Assembly: GCF_004010195.1 (NCBI RefSeq)
Contig: NC_057719.1
Location: 59,041,106 to 59,063,612, forward strand
DNA from: Chiloscyllium plagiosum
Taxonomy: Eukaryota
Length of the DNA stretch: 22,507 nt
Direction: 5' to 3'
The notes beneath the pieces were generated by a model, which made no database searches, was not told the DNA's origin, and saw only the letters and a list, made by a program, of their open reading frames with translations. Shown in pieces: positions 10,695 to 20,321 of the stretch. Position 1 is the first letter of the stretch. Each line of letters opens with the position of its first letter. The position numbers and the translations under genes were made by a program.

Positions 10695-10809
10695 CTAGGG
10701 ATCTAGGGACCAAGGGAGCAGTGAAACCTTGATCCCTAAGAGATGTACTTGCCATAGTACTTGCAATAACTTGTCATGGGTTCTTCTTCAACACCTAACA
10801 CCGTTATTT

Positions 10810-11058
10810 GTGAGAATAAGGGCAGCAAGGGGAATTAGAATGCCTCAATCTCCAGGGCCTGGTCCAAATCACACCATCCCAATTTGTTCATATATTAAAG
10901 TTCTTTCATTATTGCTGGGTGAAAATCCTGAAAGTCCCTCATTCCTCCATAAGTACACTAAGTGTGAGGGTATCTACACAGCACGGTAGGTTCAGAAGTT
11001 AATGAAGTCAGCTCAACACTACTCCTCAAGACCACTTAGGGATAGCTGGACCAGCCAA
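10810..11058 (+). mobile_element. 3' end of an old CR1/L2-group LINE
   Basis: GCTGGGTGAAAATCCTGAAAGTCCCTC...CAGCTCAACACTACTCCTCAAGACCACTTAGGGAT; similar to the reverse complement of 12160-12300. Confidence 0.65.
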
Positions 11059-11791
11059 ATTCGATGATGATTAGAATTACAGGAAGTTCCATCATGAGTT
11101 AACAGCAACTTAAATGCTGCTGCTTGTGAAACATAGTGAGGTCAGTACACCCATTTTGGATCAACATACTGACCTTCAGATAGGTCTGTCAAGGGCCCAC
11201 CAATGGAATCCAAGCCTGGAAAATGGGTGATACCTCTGATAAATCCATTTAATTTGAACAAAAACTTGATTTGGCCAGGGAAGACATTTTTGATGTTGCC
11301 AGAGTTTTGGACTGCATGTGGCAGTCAATTTTCAGGCAAACAGAAATGTCCCTGCCATTTATACCTGGCTGTCTGTTACTTAGATCATCAGCAATGAATT
11401 ACTAAAGAATATCATTGTCCACATAGGAAATTCTGGATTATGTGGGATGTGACTTGAATTCTTCTAGGTAGATGCCTTGTGCAGGACATCTTTTATGGAG
11501 ATGCCATTGCATATCAGCAGACACAAGATTTTTCAACAAAGATAGATCCGGTTCCAGTGACAAAGGAACCTTGGTGACTGGGATCTCTCTACTGTTGCAT
11601 ACCTTCTTCTGCTATTGCAGCTGTTGATATCACACAAATATCTTCCAACTGAATTGTTGTTGAGGATTTGTTTGGATTGCATTTTGCCTGGTTCCCTCCC
11701 TCCAGCCTTATATCATAGGTGATCCTACTAGGAGTTGAGTCCTCCTGATGACATCACTCTCGGGATCAATGGAATACTCAAGTCACTCCAT

Positions 11792-11855
11792 TGGTAGCGA
11801 ACCACAGAATGGTAGCGAACCACAGAACCAACGAGGATGGTAGCGAACCACAGAA
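11792..11855. repeat. Three exact copies of an 18-mer
   Basis: TGGTAGCGAACCACAGAA at 11792, 11810 and 11838, with a 10-bp spacer CCAACGAGGA before the third copy. Confidence 0.95.
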
Positions 11856-12008
11856 AAGAACAGCTACTTAGATACAATCCTACTGACACTATAAACTGTG
11901 GCAGGAGGGGCAGTAAGGGACAGAATTCCAGTACAACCACTCCTACATGTTACAGTTTTAACAAAACATGAATTTTTTTATCATTTATGCCTTTTCCTCA
12001 GAGCCTAT

Positions 12009-12056
12009 CCCACTGATTATAAGAAATGACAGCCCACTGATTATAAGAAATGACAG
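12009..12056. repeat. Perfect 24-bp tandem duplication
   Basis: CCCACTGATTATAAGAAATGACAG x2. Confidence 0.95.
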
Positions 12057-12159
12057 AAAATGTTCGTGGAAGGCATGTGTTATAATTTTAGGTTATAATT
12101 ATCAATTTTCTTCAGTTGATGTGTGTTTCTACCAACTATATTTTAAATTCATTCATCAC

Positions 12160-12300
12160 TGGTGAGGACTGAATTTATTGTCCATCCCTAATTCCCCTTG
12201 ATAATGTGGTGATGAGTTGCCTTCTTGAACCACAGCAGTCTATTTGGTGCAAGTATATCACAGTGCTGATAAAGGAAGGAATTCCAGGATTTTTGACACC
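12160..12300 (-). mobile_element. 3' end of an old CR1/L2-group LINE
   Basis: Plus strand ATTTATTGTCCATCCCTAATTCCCCTTGA...GCCTTCTTGAACCACAGCAGTC...GGAATTCCAGGATTTTTGAC; same family as 10810-11058. Confidence 0.7.
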
Positions 12301-12576
12301 ACCATTGGAAGTGGCATGTCAGAGGAAAGCACATGTATAGCTTCCCAGAAAATGTGCCAAGTCAGATCTTGGACGCTTAAGCAGATGCCTGAATTAGTAT
12401 CTCGAGGAGCGTTCCAATTTTGGTTATCGTAATTAAGACCAAAATTGCGCACTGACATTAGACTTGGCAACAGATAAACAATGGGGAGAAAGTGAGGTCT
12501 GCAGATGCTGGAGATCAGAGCTGAAAATGTGTTGCTGGAAAAGCGCAGCAGGTCAGGCAGCATCCAGGGAACAGGA

Positions 12577-12614
12577 GAATCGACGTTTCGGGCATAAGCC
12601 CTTCTTCAGGAATC
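12577..12614 (-). ncRNA. Minimal type I hammerhead ribozyme (left arm)
   Basis: Minus strand GATTC-CTGAAGA-A-GGGC-TTAT-GCCC-GAA-ACGT-C-GATTC; stem I has one U-U mismatch. Confidence 0.78.
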
Positions 12615-12647
12615 CTGAAGAAGGGCTTATGCCCGAAACGTCGATTC
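12610..12647 (+). ncRNA. Minimal type I hammerhead ribozyme (right arm)
   Basis: GAATC-CTGAAGA-A-GGGC-TTAT-GCCC-GAA-ACGT-C-GATTC: perfect 5-bp stem I, 4-bp stem II, palindromic stem III. Predicted cleavage after GUC at 12642. Confidence 0.85.
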
Positions 12648-12813
12648 TCCTGTTCCCTGGATGCTGCCTGACCTGCTGCGCTTTTCCAGCAACACATTTT
12701 CAGCAGATAAACAATATCCATTTTATGATTGTTTTCACACATTCTGGAAAATAGCCCTCCAAGATGTATTCACTAACTACATTGCAATTTTGGATAGCTA
12801 CTTAAATACTTTG

Positions 12814-13969
12814 TAAGACCATAAGACATAGGAGCAGAAAATAGGCCATTCAGCTCATAGAGTCTGCTCCGCCATTCAATCACGGCTGATAGGTTTCTCA
12901 ATGCCATTCTCCTGCTTTCTCCCTGTAACCCTTGATCCCCTTGACAATCAAGAATCTATCTGTCTCCATCTTAAATATACTCAATGACCTGCCTTCTACA
13001 GTCTTCTGTGGCAGTGAATTCCACAGATTCACCACTCTCTGACTGAAAAAATTTCTCCTTATCTATGTTCTAAAAGGTCTTCCCTGTACTTGAAGGCTCG
13101 GGTCTTAGTCTCTCCTATCAATGGAAATATCTTCCCAACATCCACTCTGTCCAGGCCATTCAGTATTCTTTAAGTTTCAATTAGATCTCCTCTCATCTTC
13201 CTAAACTCCATCAAGTATAATCCCAGAATCCTCAAACATTCCTTATATGTTAAGCTTTTCATTCCTGGGACCATTCTCATAAACTTTCTCTGAACCTGCT
13301 CTATTGCCAATACATCCTTCCTGAGATATAGGGCCCAAAACTGCACCAATGCTCCAAATGTGTACTGACCAGAGCCTCAGAATTACATCTCTGCTTTTAT
13401 ATTCAAGTTCTCTCAAAAATAAATGCCAACACTGCGTTTGCCTTCCTAATTATTGTCTCAAACTGCAAGTTTACCTTGGACTCAAACTCCCACGTCTCTT
13501 CGCACTTAAGACTTCTGAATTTTCCTCCTATTTAGAGAATGGTCCATGTTTTTATTCTTCCTACCAAAGTGCATGACTTCACACTTTCCCACTTTGTGTC
13601 CCATCTGCCACTTCTCTGCCCACTCTCCTAACTGTCAAAATCCTACTGCAGCGTCCCTGCCTTCTCTATACTACCTGTCCCTTTACCTATCTTTGTATCG
13701 CCTGAAAACTTAGCCAGAATGCCCTCAATTCCTTTATCTAGATCATTAATGTATAAAGTGAAAAGTTTTGGTCCCAATACTGACCCTAACAGAACACTAC
13801 TTGTCACCAGTTGCCATTATCCTCATATTATCCTCACTCTCTGCTTTCTGCCAGACAGCCAAACCTTCTATCCATGCTAGCACCTTGTTTCTAACACCAT
13901 GGGCCCTTATCTTACTCAGCAGCCTCCTGAGCGGCATCTTGTCAAAGGCCTTCTAGAAGTCCAGGTACA
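12814..13969 (-). mobile_element. 5'-truncated CR1 LINE (RT C-terminal part and 3' UTR)
   Basis: Tail TAAGACCATAAGACATAG on the plus strand. Minus strand reads YLDF*KAFDK near 13940-13968, SVLG near 13770, and a decayed ADD motif (AGTTTTCAGGCGATACAAAG) near 13700. Confidence 0.9.
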
Positions 13970-14999
13970 GAAATTTCTTCCCTCCCTCAATAATTTCAGT
14001 TATTTATGTTTTGCATTGTTTAACTGACAAATGGGATGTCTATAGTGTGGACAAGGATTTTTTTCCCCTGTACTAATTGAAATAATTGGATACAATTACT
14101 ATTTCTGCAGAATAATGCTTCTGAAACAATGATGTCCCCTCAAAAACTTTCCCTAGATAATGAGTAGTGACTTACACTACATGACTTCAATTCCACACTT
14201 CACTGACTTGCTTGTCTTGATGAAATATGCCATGACTATATGACTGGTCACAGCACTAACCTCTGGGGCATTCTATAATCTCATAGTATTTTTACTAGTA
14301 GGCATTTCTGACTTATTAAAATGGACAAAACATATTTCTGTTTTACAAAATCTGTAATTCTTTCCTTAAATTGCAGTTGCCATTGTTAGTTATTATGTCT
14401 GTGACATCAAAAAAACTGAGTTAATTGAGGTATAGTGTTATCAGTGCCATGTGGTGTCGAAACAGCAGACATTTGTCTCATACTGTTTTATTTATTGGTT
14501 CCCTAAGCTGCATTTTGGAATCTGTAAAACTTCTGCTCTACAGCCAGTTACTATAGATATAAAGAACACTGAAAATGTGAAATAACAAATAAACGCTAAA
14601 AATGCACAGCCAGTAAATTACCATCCTAAGTTACCATCTTCATCAGAACATATTATCTGTGATCTGCTGTGCAGTTCTAATACTTCCAGTTAATTTTGTT
14701 GAATTGCTTAAATTATAATTCAAACAAAACATGTAAAAGAAATAGCAATGTATTCTGAGTTTTGTCATGATCTTTGACTTTACTTCACAAAACCTCGCTT
14801 AATAGAAGTGATTTCTCATGATATTATTCAGAATATTGAATCTTCTAACAAATATTAAGAGAATTTGTGGAGCTATTACATTCAAATCAGTTTCTTATAC
14901 CAAATCATTTCCTGTCATTCCAACAATTGGTACCTTCAGAGGGATTAATTGTCAATGAAAGGTGACCACAGATAATTGCTTCAAAAAGTGGAATTTAAG

Positions 15000-15108
15000 G
15001 GATGTCGTGGGGCGGAGCGAGTGTCCCGACCTCTGAGTTGGACAGGCTGGTTCTGAGCTGCTCTGGAAGGTGTGTAATAACATTTCTGAATAGGTTGATT
15101 AGGAAATA
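15000..15108 (+). mobile_element. Short decayed SINE-like repeat
   Basis: AGTGTCCCGACCTCTGAG...GGTTC...TGCTCTGGAAGGTGTGTAATAACATTTCTGAATAGGTTGATTAGGAAATA; tRNA-like head recognised by eye. Confidence 0.45.
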
Positions 15109-15113
15109 TAAGA

Positions 15114-15303
15114 AGTCGAAAGTGTGGTGCTGGAAAAGCACAGCAGGTCAGGCAGCATCTGAGGAGCAGGAGAATCGACGTTTCAAGCATAAGACCTTCA
15201 CCATTCCTGATGAAGGGCTTATCCCTGAAACGTTGATTCTCTTGCTCCTCAGATTCTGCCTGACCTGCTGTGCTTTTCCAGCACCACACTCTCGATTCTG
15301 ATC
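15114..15303. mobile_element. Older copy of the hammerhead fold-back element
   Basis: Imperfect inverted repeat centred near 15204-15206. The right arm retains CTGATGA-AGGG-CTTAT-CCCT-GAAACGTT-GAT (15207-15237). Confidence 0.88.
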
Positions 15304-15384
15304 ACTAAAAATATCAATCAGGATAATAAGGTCAATAAAAAGCAAGCCACGTTCTGGGGTTCATTTCTACAGTGAAAGAATTAA

Positions 15385-15590
15385 TAACCAACAGTCATGT
15401 TAAACTTGAGTGGCACCTTGGTTAGACAAAACCTGGAATGCTGTCCACAATCTGCTCTCTATATTGTAAAGAAATGTTGGAGAAGGTCAAAAAATAATTT
15501 ATAACAATGGGCAAAATTGGGAATTATAATTATCAATAAACACTGAGTAGGTTTGGGCTAATTTCTTTACAAAAGAGAAGGTTAAGTGGT
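15385..15590 (+). mobile_element. Highly decayed CR1 ORF2 C-terminal fragment
   Basis: ACCTTGGTTAGACAAAACCTGGAATGCTGT (TLVR..LE.C) and TTGGAGAAGGTCAAA (LEKV). Confidence 0.6.
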
Positions 15591-15595
15591 CAAGT

Positions 15596-16890
15596 GGGTT
15601 ACTAAAGAATTGAATCTCTTGTCAAGAGGAAGGAGGGGTCTTATGTAAAGATGAGACATGAAGACTCAGTTAGGACACTTGAGAGTTACAAATTATCCAG
15701 GAAGGACCTAAAGAAAGAGCTAAGAAGAGCCAGGAGGGGACATGAGAAGTTCTTGGCAGGTAGGATCAAGGAAAACCCTAAAGCTTTCCATAGATACGTC
15801 AGGGGTAAAAAATGACTATTGAATTGAATTGAATTTATTGTCACGTGTACTGAGGCACAATGAAAAACTTTGTCTAGCGAGCAATACAGGCAGATCACAT
15901 AGTTATGTCGCATCGATAGTAAATAATAGATAAACAGTGGCAAAAACAAAACCTCAGATACAGACGAATGTTAAGAGCTTGTGATTCCATTCAGTATTCT
16001 TACAACAGTAGGGTAAGGACTAGGGTAAGATTAGGGCCAGTCAAGCACAGTAGTGGGAAGTTGTGCGTGGAGTCCTAAGAGATAGGAGAGATGCTAAATG
16101 AATATTTTTCATCAATAATCACACAGGAAAAAGACAACATTGTTGCGGAGAATACTGAGATACAGGCTATTACACTAGACAGAATTAAGATTCATAAGGA
16201 GGAGGTGCTAGCAATTCCAGAAAGTGTAAAAATAGATAAATCCCCTAGGCTGAATGGGAATTATCCTACGGTTCTCTGGGAAGCTAGGGAGGAGATTGTA
16301 GAGCCTTTGACTTTGATCTTTATGTCATTTTTCTACAGGAATAATGCCAGACGACTGGAGGATAGCTAATGTTATTCCCTTGTTCAAGAAGGGGACAGCC
16401 CTGGTAATTACAGACCAGTGAGCCTTACTTCCATTGTGAGCAAAGTTTTGGAAAGGATTATAAGTGATATGATTTATAATCATCTAGAAAGGAATAACTT
16501 AATTAGGGATAGTTGACATGGTTTTGTGAAGAGTAGGTCGTGCCTCAGAAACCTTATTGAGTTCTTTGTGAAGGTGACCAAACAGGTGGATGAAGGGAAA
16601 ACAGTTGATGTAGTGTATATGGATTTCAGTAGAGTGTTTGATAAGGATCACTATGTAGGCTTATTGCAGAAAATGTGGAGGCATGGGATTGAGAGTGATT
16701 TATTGGTCTGGTTCAGAAATTGGCTAACTGTAAGAAGGGTAGTGGTTGATGGGAAATGTTCATCCTGGAGTTCAGTTATTAGCAAGGATCTGTTTTGGGG
16801 CCAGATGAGGGCATAGAAGGATGGGTTAGTAAATTTGAGGATAACACTAATGTCGGTGGAGTTGTGGATAGTGATGAAGGATGTCGTAGG
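15596..16890 (+). mobile_element. CR1 ORF2 internal fragment, interrupted at 15819-16017
   Basis: IKENPKAF, LNEYFSS, DKSP, ANVIPLFKKG, NYRPVSLTS, RSCLRNLIEFF, VYMDFSRVFDK and VSKFEDNT, with stops and frameshifts. Confidence 0.92.
15819..16017 (-). mobile_element. Short 3' end of a non-LTR element (Rex1/Babar-like) inserted in CR1
   Basis: (TTGAA)3 tail followed by TTTATTGTCAC on the plus strand; flanked by the direct repeat GACTA (15814-15818, 16018-16022). Confidence 0.6.
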
Positions 16891-16898
16891 CTCCTTGC

Positions 16899-16967
16899 AT
16901 GCTGTGCTTTTCCAGTGGCACACTTTTTGACTCTGATCTCCAGCGCCTGCAGTCCTCACTTTCTCCA
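16899..16967 (+). mobile_element. Single-arm 3' fragment of the fold-back/PLE pLTR family
   Basis: TGCTGTGCTTTTCCAG...CTCTGATCTCCAGCGCCTGCAGTCCTCACTTTCTCC matches the reverse complement of about 12485-12550. Confidence 0.85.
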
Positions 16968-17722
16968 TCTTGCTACCAGCTGTCTAAGATCCTTCTATAA
17001 CCTCAACATCTCTTTATTCTTTTTCTCCTCCTTTAAGATACTCTAAAAGGCCTCATTGCCTTTCCTAATGCCCCTTCTTTTCTTTTTTTTAAAAAATCAT
17101 TTTCCTGTAAAACACCTTGTGAAGATTTACTATATGTTAAAGAAAACCTCAGTGTAAGTTTTGTTGTTGTTGAATAGTTTCTTTTTTCACTTTGATGAAT
17201 AATGGGACTAGGTTGGAATTGTTCCTGAATTAGGAATCTCCAAGCCAGCTTCTGCATGACTCATGGTTCCTGGATCTGCAGAGATGTCCTGAACCATAGC
17301 ATGGATTCAGGAATCCTTTCAAAAATAAATTCAAAGATTCTTATTCATGACCCTTCCTTATGTTTCATGCTCCTTCCCAGTTCATTCCAGCTCACATCAC
17401 TCACTCTCACCCTCAAACCCCCTTATAACTTGTCTGTGAACTAACAGCCCTTCCATGCCCATTACTCCAATATAAAAAAATGTACAGTACCAATGAACCT
17501 TCTCAAAATGGCATCTATGGATCTAATGGCATCCAGAAAATCATAAATCTTCTTTTAAAAAATTATTGCTGACATCATAACCATATGAGAATGTCAATCA
17601 GACTCCTAGGTCACGGAAGTATCAATAACAGAGGATTCCAACACTGGCTCTGGACAATCCAATCAGAGGACACCTGCTTCCTTGATCTGCCCTATTGAGC
17701 TCTGTAAGAATTTTGTATCTTT

Positions 17723-18359
17723 TGTTATGTACCAGGCCAGACCCCCTCAAAACATTTCAAAGAAGTAGCCCAGACCCTAACTTTGCTAGTTGTTTTAAAC
17801 AGGTATAATGTGGATATTCCAAGAGAGGATACAGCTGGCCAATCCACTTAGTTTTAAACAAAACAGAATTTATTTACAAGATTACCGAATGAAACATAAC
17901 CAAAGAGATCAGAATACTGAATAACATAACTTCTCCGAAAATCCAACAGATCATCACAACTTAATTGTTCCAAATAATTGCAACAATTCTCATAAACACC
18001 CCTTGGCACAAAAGGTGAAATCAAACACAGGGTCTTAGAGGAGAGAAGTCAGAGAGAAAGTACCAACCTAGACCTGCCTCTTTGGCTCCAGCAGCTTTTT
18101 CCACACTACTGCTAAAAAAACCAAACCAAACCAAACCAGAGAGAGGCTGAGCTGGGAGAACTGGCCACTCCCCATTCATTGTACAAGTGTTCTTTTTAAA
18201 ACATGAAAGCCTTCTGCCTGAGGCATTTTCTGTTAGCTCTAATCAAATTGGTCCGAAAACCCTTCAGCCATAGACTTTTGGCGTCTGTGCCTTTTACAAT
18301 CTCTCTGAAAGAAAAAGCCAAGGACAGCATAACTTTGTTAAAGAAGCAGCATCGTCACA
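17723..18359 (-). mobile_element. 3' LTR of a Gypsy/Ty3 element (637 bp)
   Basis: Minus strand begins TGTGAC directly after the polypurine tract AAAGGGGGAAGG (18360-18371) and ends TAACA at 17723. AATAAA at 17869-17874. Confidence 0.78.
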
Positions 18360-18371
18360 CCTTCCCCCTTT

Positions 18372-18441
18372 AAAAAAATGATCCATTAATATCTAAAGAT
18401 GACTTCAAAAAAATGATCCATTAATATCTAAAGATGACTTC
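18372..18441. repeat. Perfect 35-bp tandem duplication at the Gypsy/PLE junction
   Basis: AAAAAAATGATCCATTAATATCTAAAGATGACTTC x2. Confidence 0.95.
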
Positions 18442-18444
18442 AGG

Positions 18445-19220
18445 ATATAGGTTTGCTTGCTAAGCTGGAAGGTTCGGTTTCAGACGTTTTGTCACCACAC
18501 TAGGTAACATCATCAGTGAGACTCCGGATGAAGCACTGGTGATATGGCCTGCTTTTTATTTGTGTGTTTAGGTTTCCTAGGGTTGGTGATGTCATTTCCT
18601 GTGGTGATGTCATTTCCTGTTCTTTTTCTCAGGGGTGGTAAATAGGATCCAAGTCAATGTGTTCCTTGACAGAGTTCCGGTTGGAATGTCATGTTTCTAG
18701 GAATTCTCATGCGTGTCCCTGTTTGGCTTGTCCTAGGATGGATGTGTTGTCCCAGTTGAAGTGGTGCCCTTCCTCATCTGCATGTAAAGATACTAGTGTG
18801 AGTGGGTCATGTCGTTTTGTGATTAGTTGATGTTCATGTATATTGGTGGCTAGTTTTCTGCCTGTTTGTCCAATGTAGTGTTTGTTACAGTTCTTGCAAA
18901 GTATTTTGTAAATGACATTAGTTTTGATTGTTGTCTGTAGGGTCATTCAAGTTCATTAGCTGCTGTTTTGGTGTATTGGTGGGTTTTGGGCTACCGTGAT
19001 GCCAAGAGGTCTGAGTAGTCTGGCAATCATTTCCAAGATGTCTTTGATGTAGGGGAGAGTGGCTAAGGTTTCTGGATGTGTTTTGTCTTCTTGTTTGGGT
19101 TTGTTGCAGGGAAATCTGCAGACTGTGTTCATTGGATACCAAAGGTGTCACCCACGTAGCGGACCCAAAGTTTGGGTTGAATGGTTGGCAGAGCTGTTTG
19201 TTCGAGTGTCTGCATTTCTG
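18445..19220 (-). mobile_element. Penelope-like element (Poseidon-type) fragment with GIY-YIG endonuclease and short RT remnant
   Basis: NVIYKILCKNCNKHYIGQTGRKLATNIHEH...HHFNWDNTSIL (18707-18946). PKLWVRYVGDTF at about 19141-19176 is joined to the thumb/linker region by a deletion. Confidence 0.9.
18480..18519 (-). ncRNA. Degenerate minimal type I hammerhead ribozyme
   Basis: TCA-CTGATGA-T-GTTACC-TAGTGT-GGTGAC-AAA-ACGT-C-TGA; the conserved GAAA has become AAAA. Confidence 0.68.
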
Positions 19221-19225
19221 CATTA

Positions 19226-19462
19226 GATATCAGGGTTGTTAGCAGAGGCTGTAATGCAGATACTTGAACAAACAGTTCTGCCAACCATCCAACCCAAACT
19301 TTGGGTACGCTACTTTGTCATCACTAAATGAAACAAATTAAAGGAAACCTTCAAGACCATCAATAATACCCTTACTGGCATAAAATTCACGAAAGAGGAG
19401 GAAAACAACAACAAACTGCCATTCCTAGATGTTGCAGTAGAGCAAACGGCCAATGGGGAATT
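19226..19462 (+). mobile_element. Inverted PLE reverse-transcriptase fragment
   Basis: ISGLLAEAVMQILEQTVLPTIQPKLWVRY-(VDDT absent)-FVIT...IKFTKEEENNNKLPFLDV. Confidence 0.88.
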
Positions 19463-20321
19463 GGGCTTTGCAAATCCATTTTTAGCCAGCTTTATCAACA
19501 AGCCTGAGAGAAAGTGAGGGCTGCAGATGTTGGAGATCAGAGTTGAGAGTGCAGTGCTGGAAAAGCACAGCAGGTCAGGCAGCATCTGAGGAGCAGGAGA
19601 ATCGCCATTTCGGGCATAAGCCCTTCATGAGGAATCATTCCTAATGAAGAGATTAAGCCCCGAACATCTATTCAGCTGCTCCTTGGATGCTGCCTGACCT
19701 GCTGTGCTTTTCCAGCACTTACCAACAAGCCTGCCTCCCGAAGTCAATCGAACAATTCTGATAAAAGTTGCAAATGTTCCTTCTATGTGTGACTAAAAAT
19801 CACAGGTCATCTTTATATACGACACAGTTGGGTAATCTGGCAATGACCTTATTGGTTAGTCTCTGAAAGGTGGCTGGCGCATTTTTCATACCAAATGGCA
19901 TAACATTAAATTGATATAATCCATTCGGCATTACAAAAGCTGAAATTGTCTTCGTTCCTTCAGACATAAGCACCTGCCGATACCCTCTGAGAAAGTCCAA
20001 CTTAGAAATATAAGTTGCTTGTCTCAGCTTTTCAACACAGTCTTCCAAATGTGGAATTGGATTTGAATCAGTCTTTGTAACCACATTGACTTTGCGATAG
20101 TCCACACATAACCATTGGGTACCATCCGGTTTTGGCACCATTACTATAGGTGAGTTCCAGTCACTGTAACTCATTTCGATTATGTCGTCTTGGAGCATGT
20201 ATTCAATCTCCTTCTGAACTTATGTCAATTTTAGAGCGTTAGGCCTATAAAGATGTTGCTTAATTGGAACAGCACTTCCTATATCTACATCATGCATAAT
20301 TAGGTTAGTACTTCCCAGCTT
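19461..20321 (-). mobile_element. Gypsy/Ty3 pol fragment (RT), interrupted at 19507-19718
   Basis: SPIVMVPKPDG..LCVDYRKVN...SKLD..RGY.Q...MPFGMKNAPATFQR...YKDDL; continues as LREAGLLIKLAK across the insertion. Confidence 0.93.
19507..19718 (-). mobile_element. Third copy of the hammerhead fold-back element
   Basis: Imperfect inverted repeat centred at GGAAT-C-ATTCC (centre about 19636); both ribozyme cores are mutated. TSD TTA(T/C)CAACAAGCCTG at 19492-19506 and 19719-19733. Confidence 0.9.

Larger units (their letters stand above)
12483..12704 (-). mobile_element. Young non-coding fold-back element derived from a PLE pLTR
   Basis: Arms 12520-12611 and 12613-12704 are exact reverse complements (92 bp, 1-nt spacer). 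The left arm extends a further 37 bp unpaired. TSD AGATAAACAAT at 12472-12482 and 12705-12715. Confidence 0.9.

Noticed and set aside
11792..11855. CRISPR-like repeat-spacer pattern
   Set aside because: Repeats are 18 bp with spacers of 0 and 10 bp, there are no cas genes, and the context is vertebrate.
12483..12704. MITE / DNA transposon interpretation
   Set aside because: Asymmetric arms, TSDs of differing length between copies (11-15 bp) and hammerhead content point to a PLE-type retroelement origin.
12464..12754. Opposite-strand ORFs sharing identical peptides (also 14981-15345)
   Set aside because: An artefact of translating a palindrome; the conserved features are RNA-structural.
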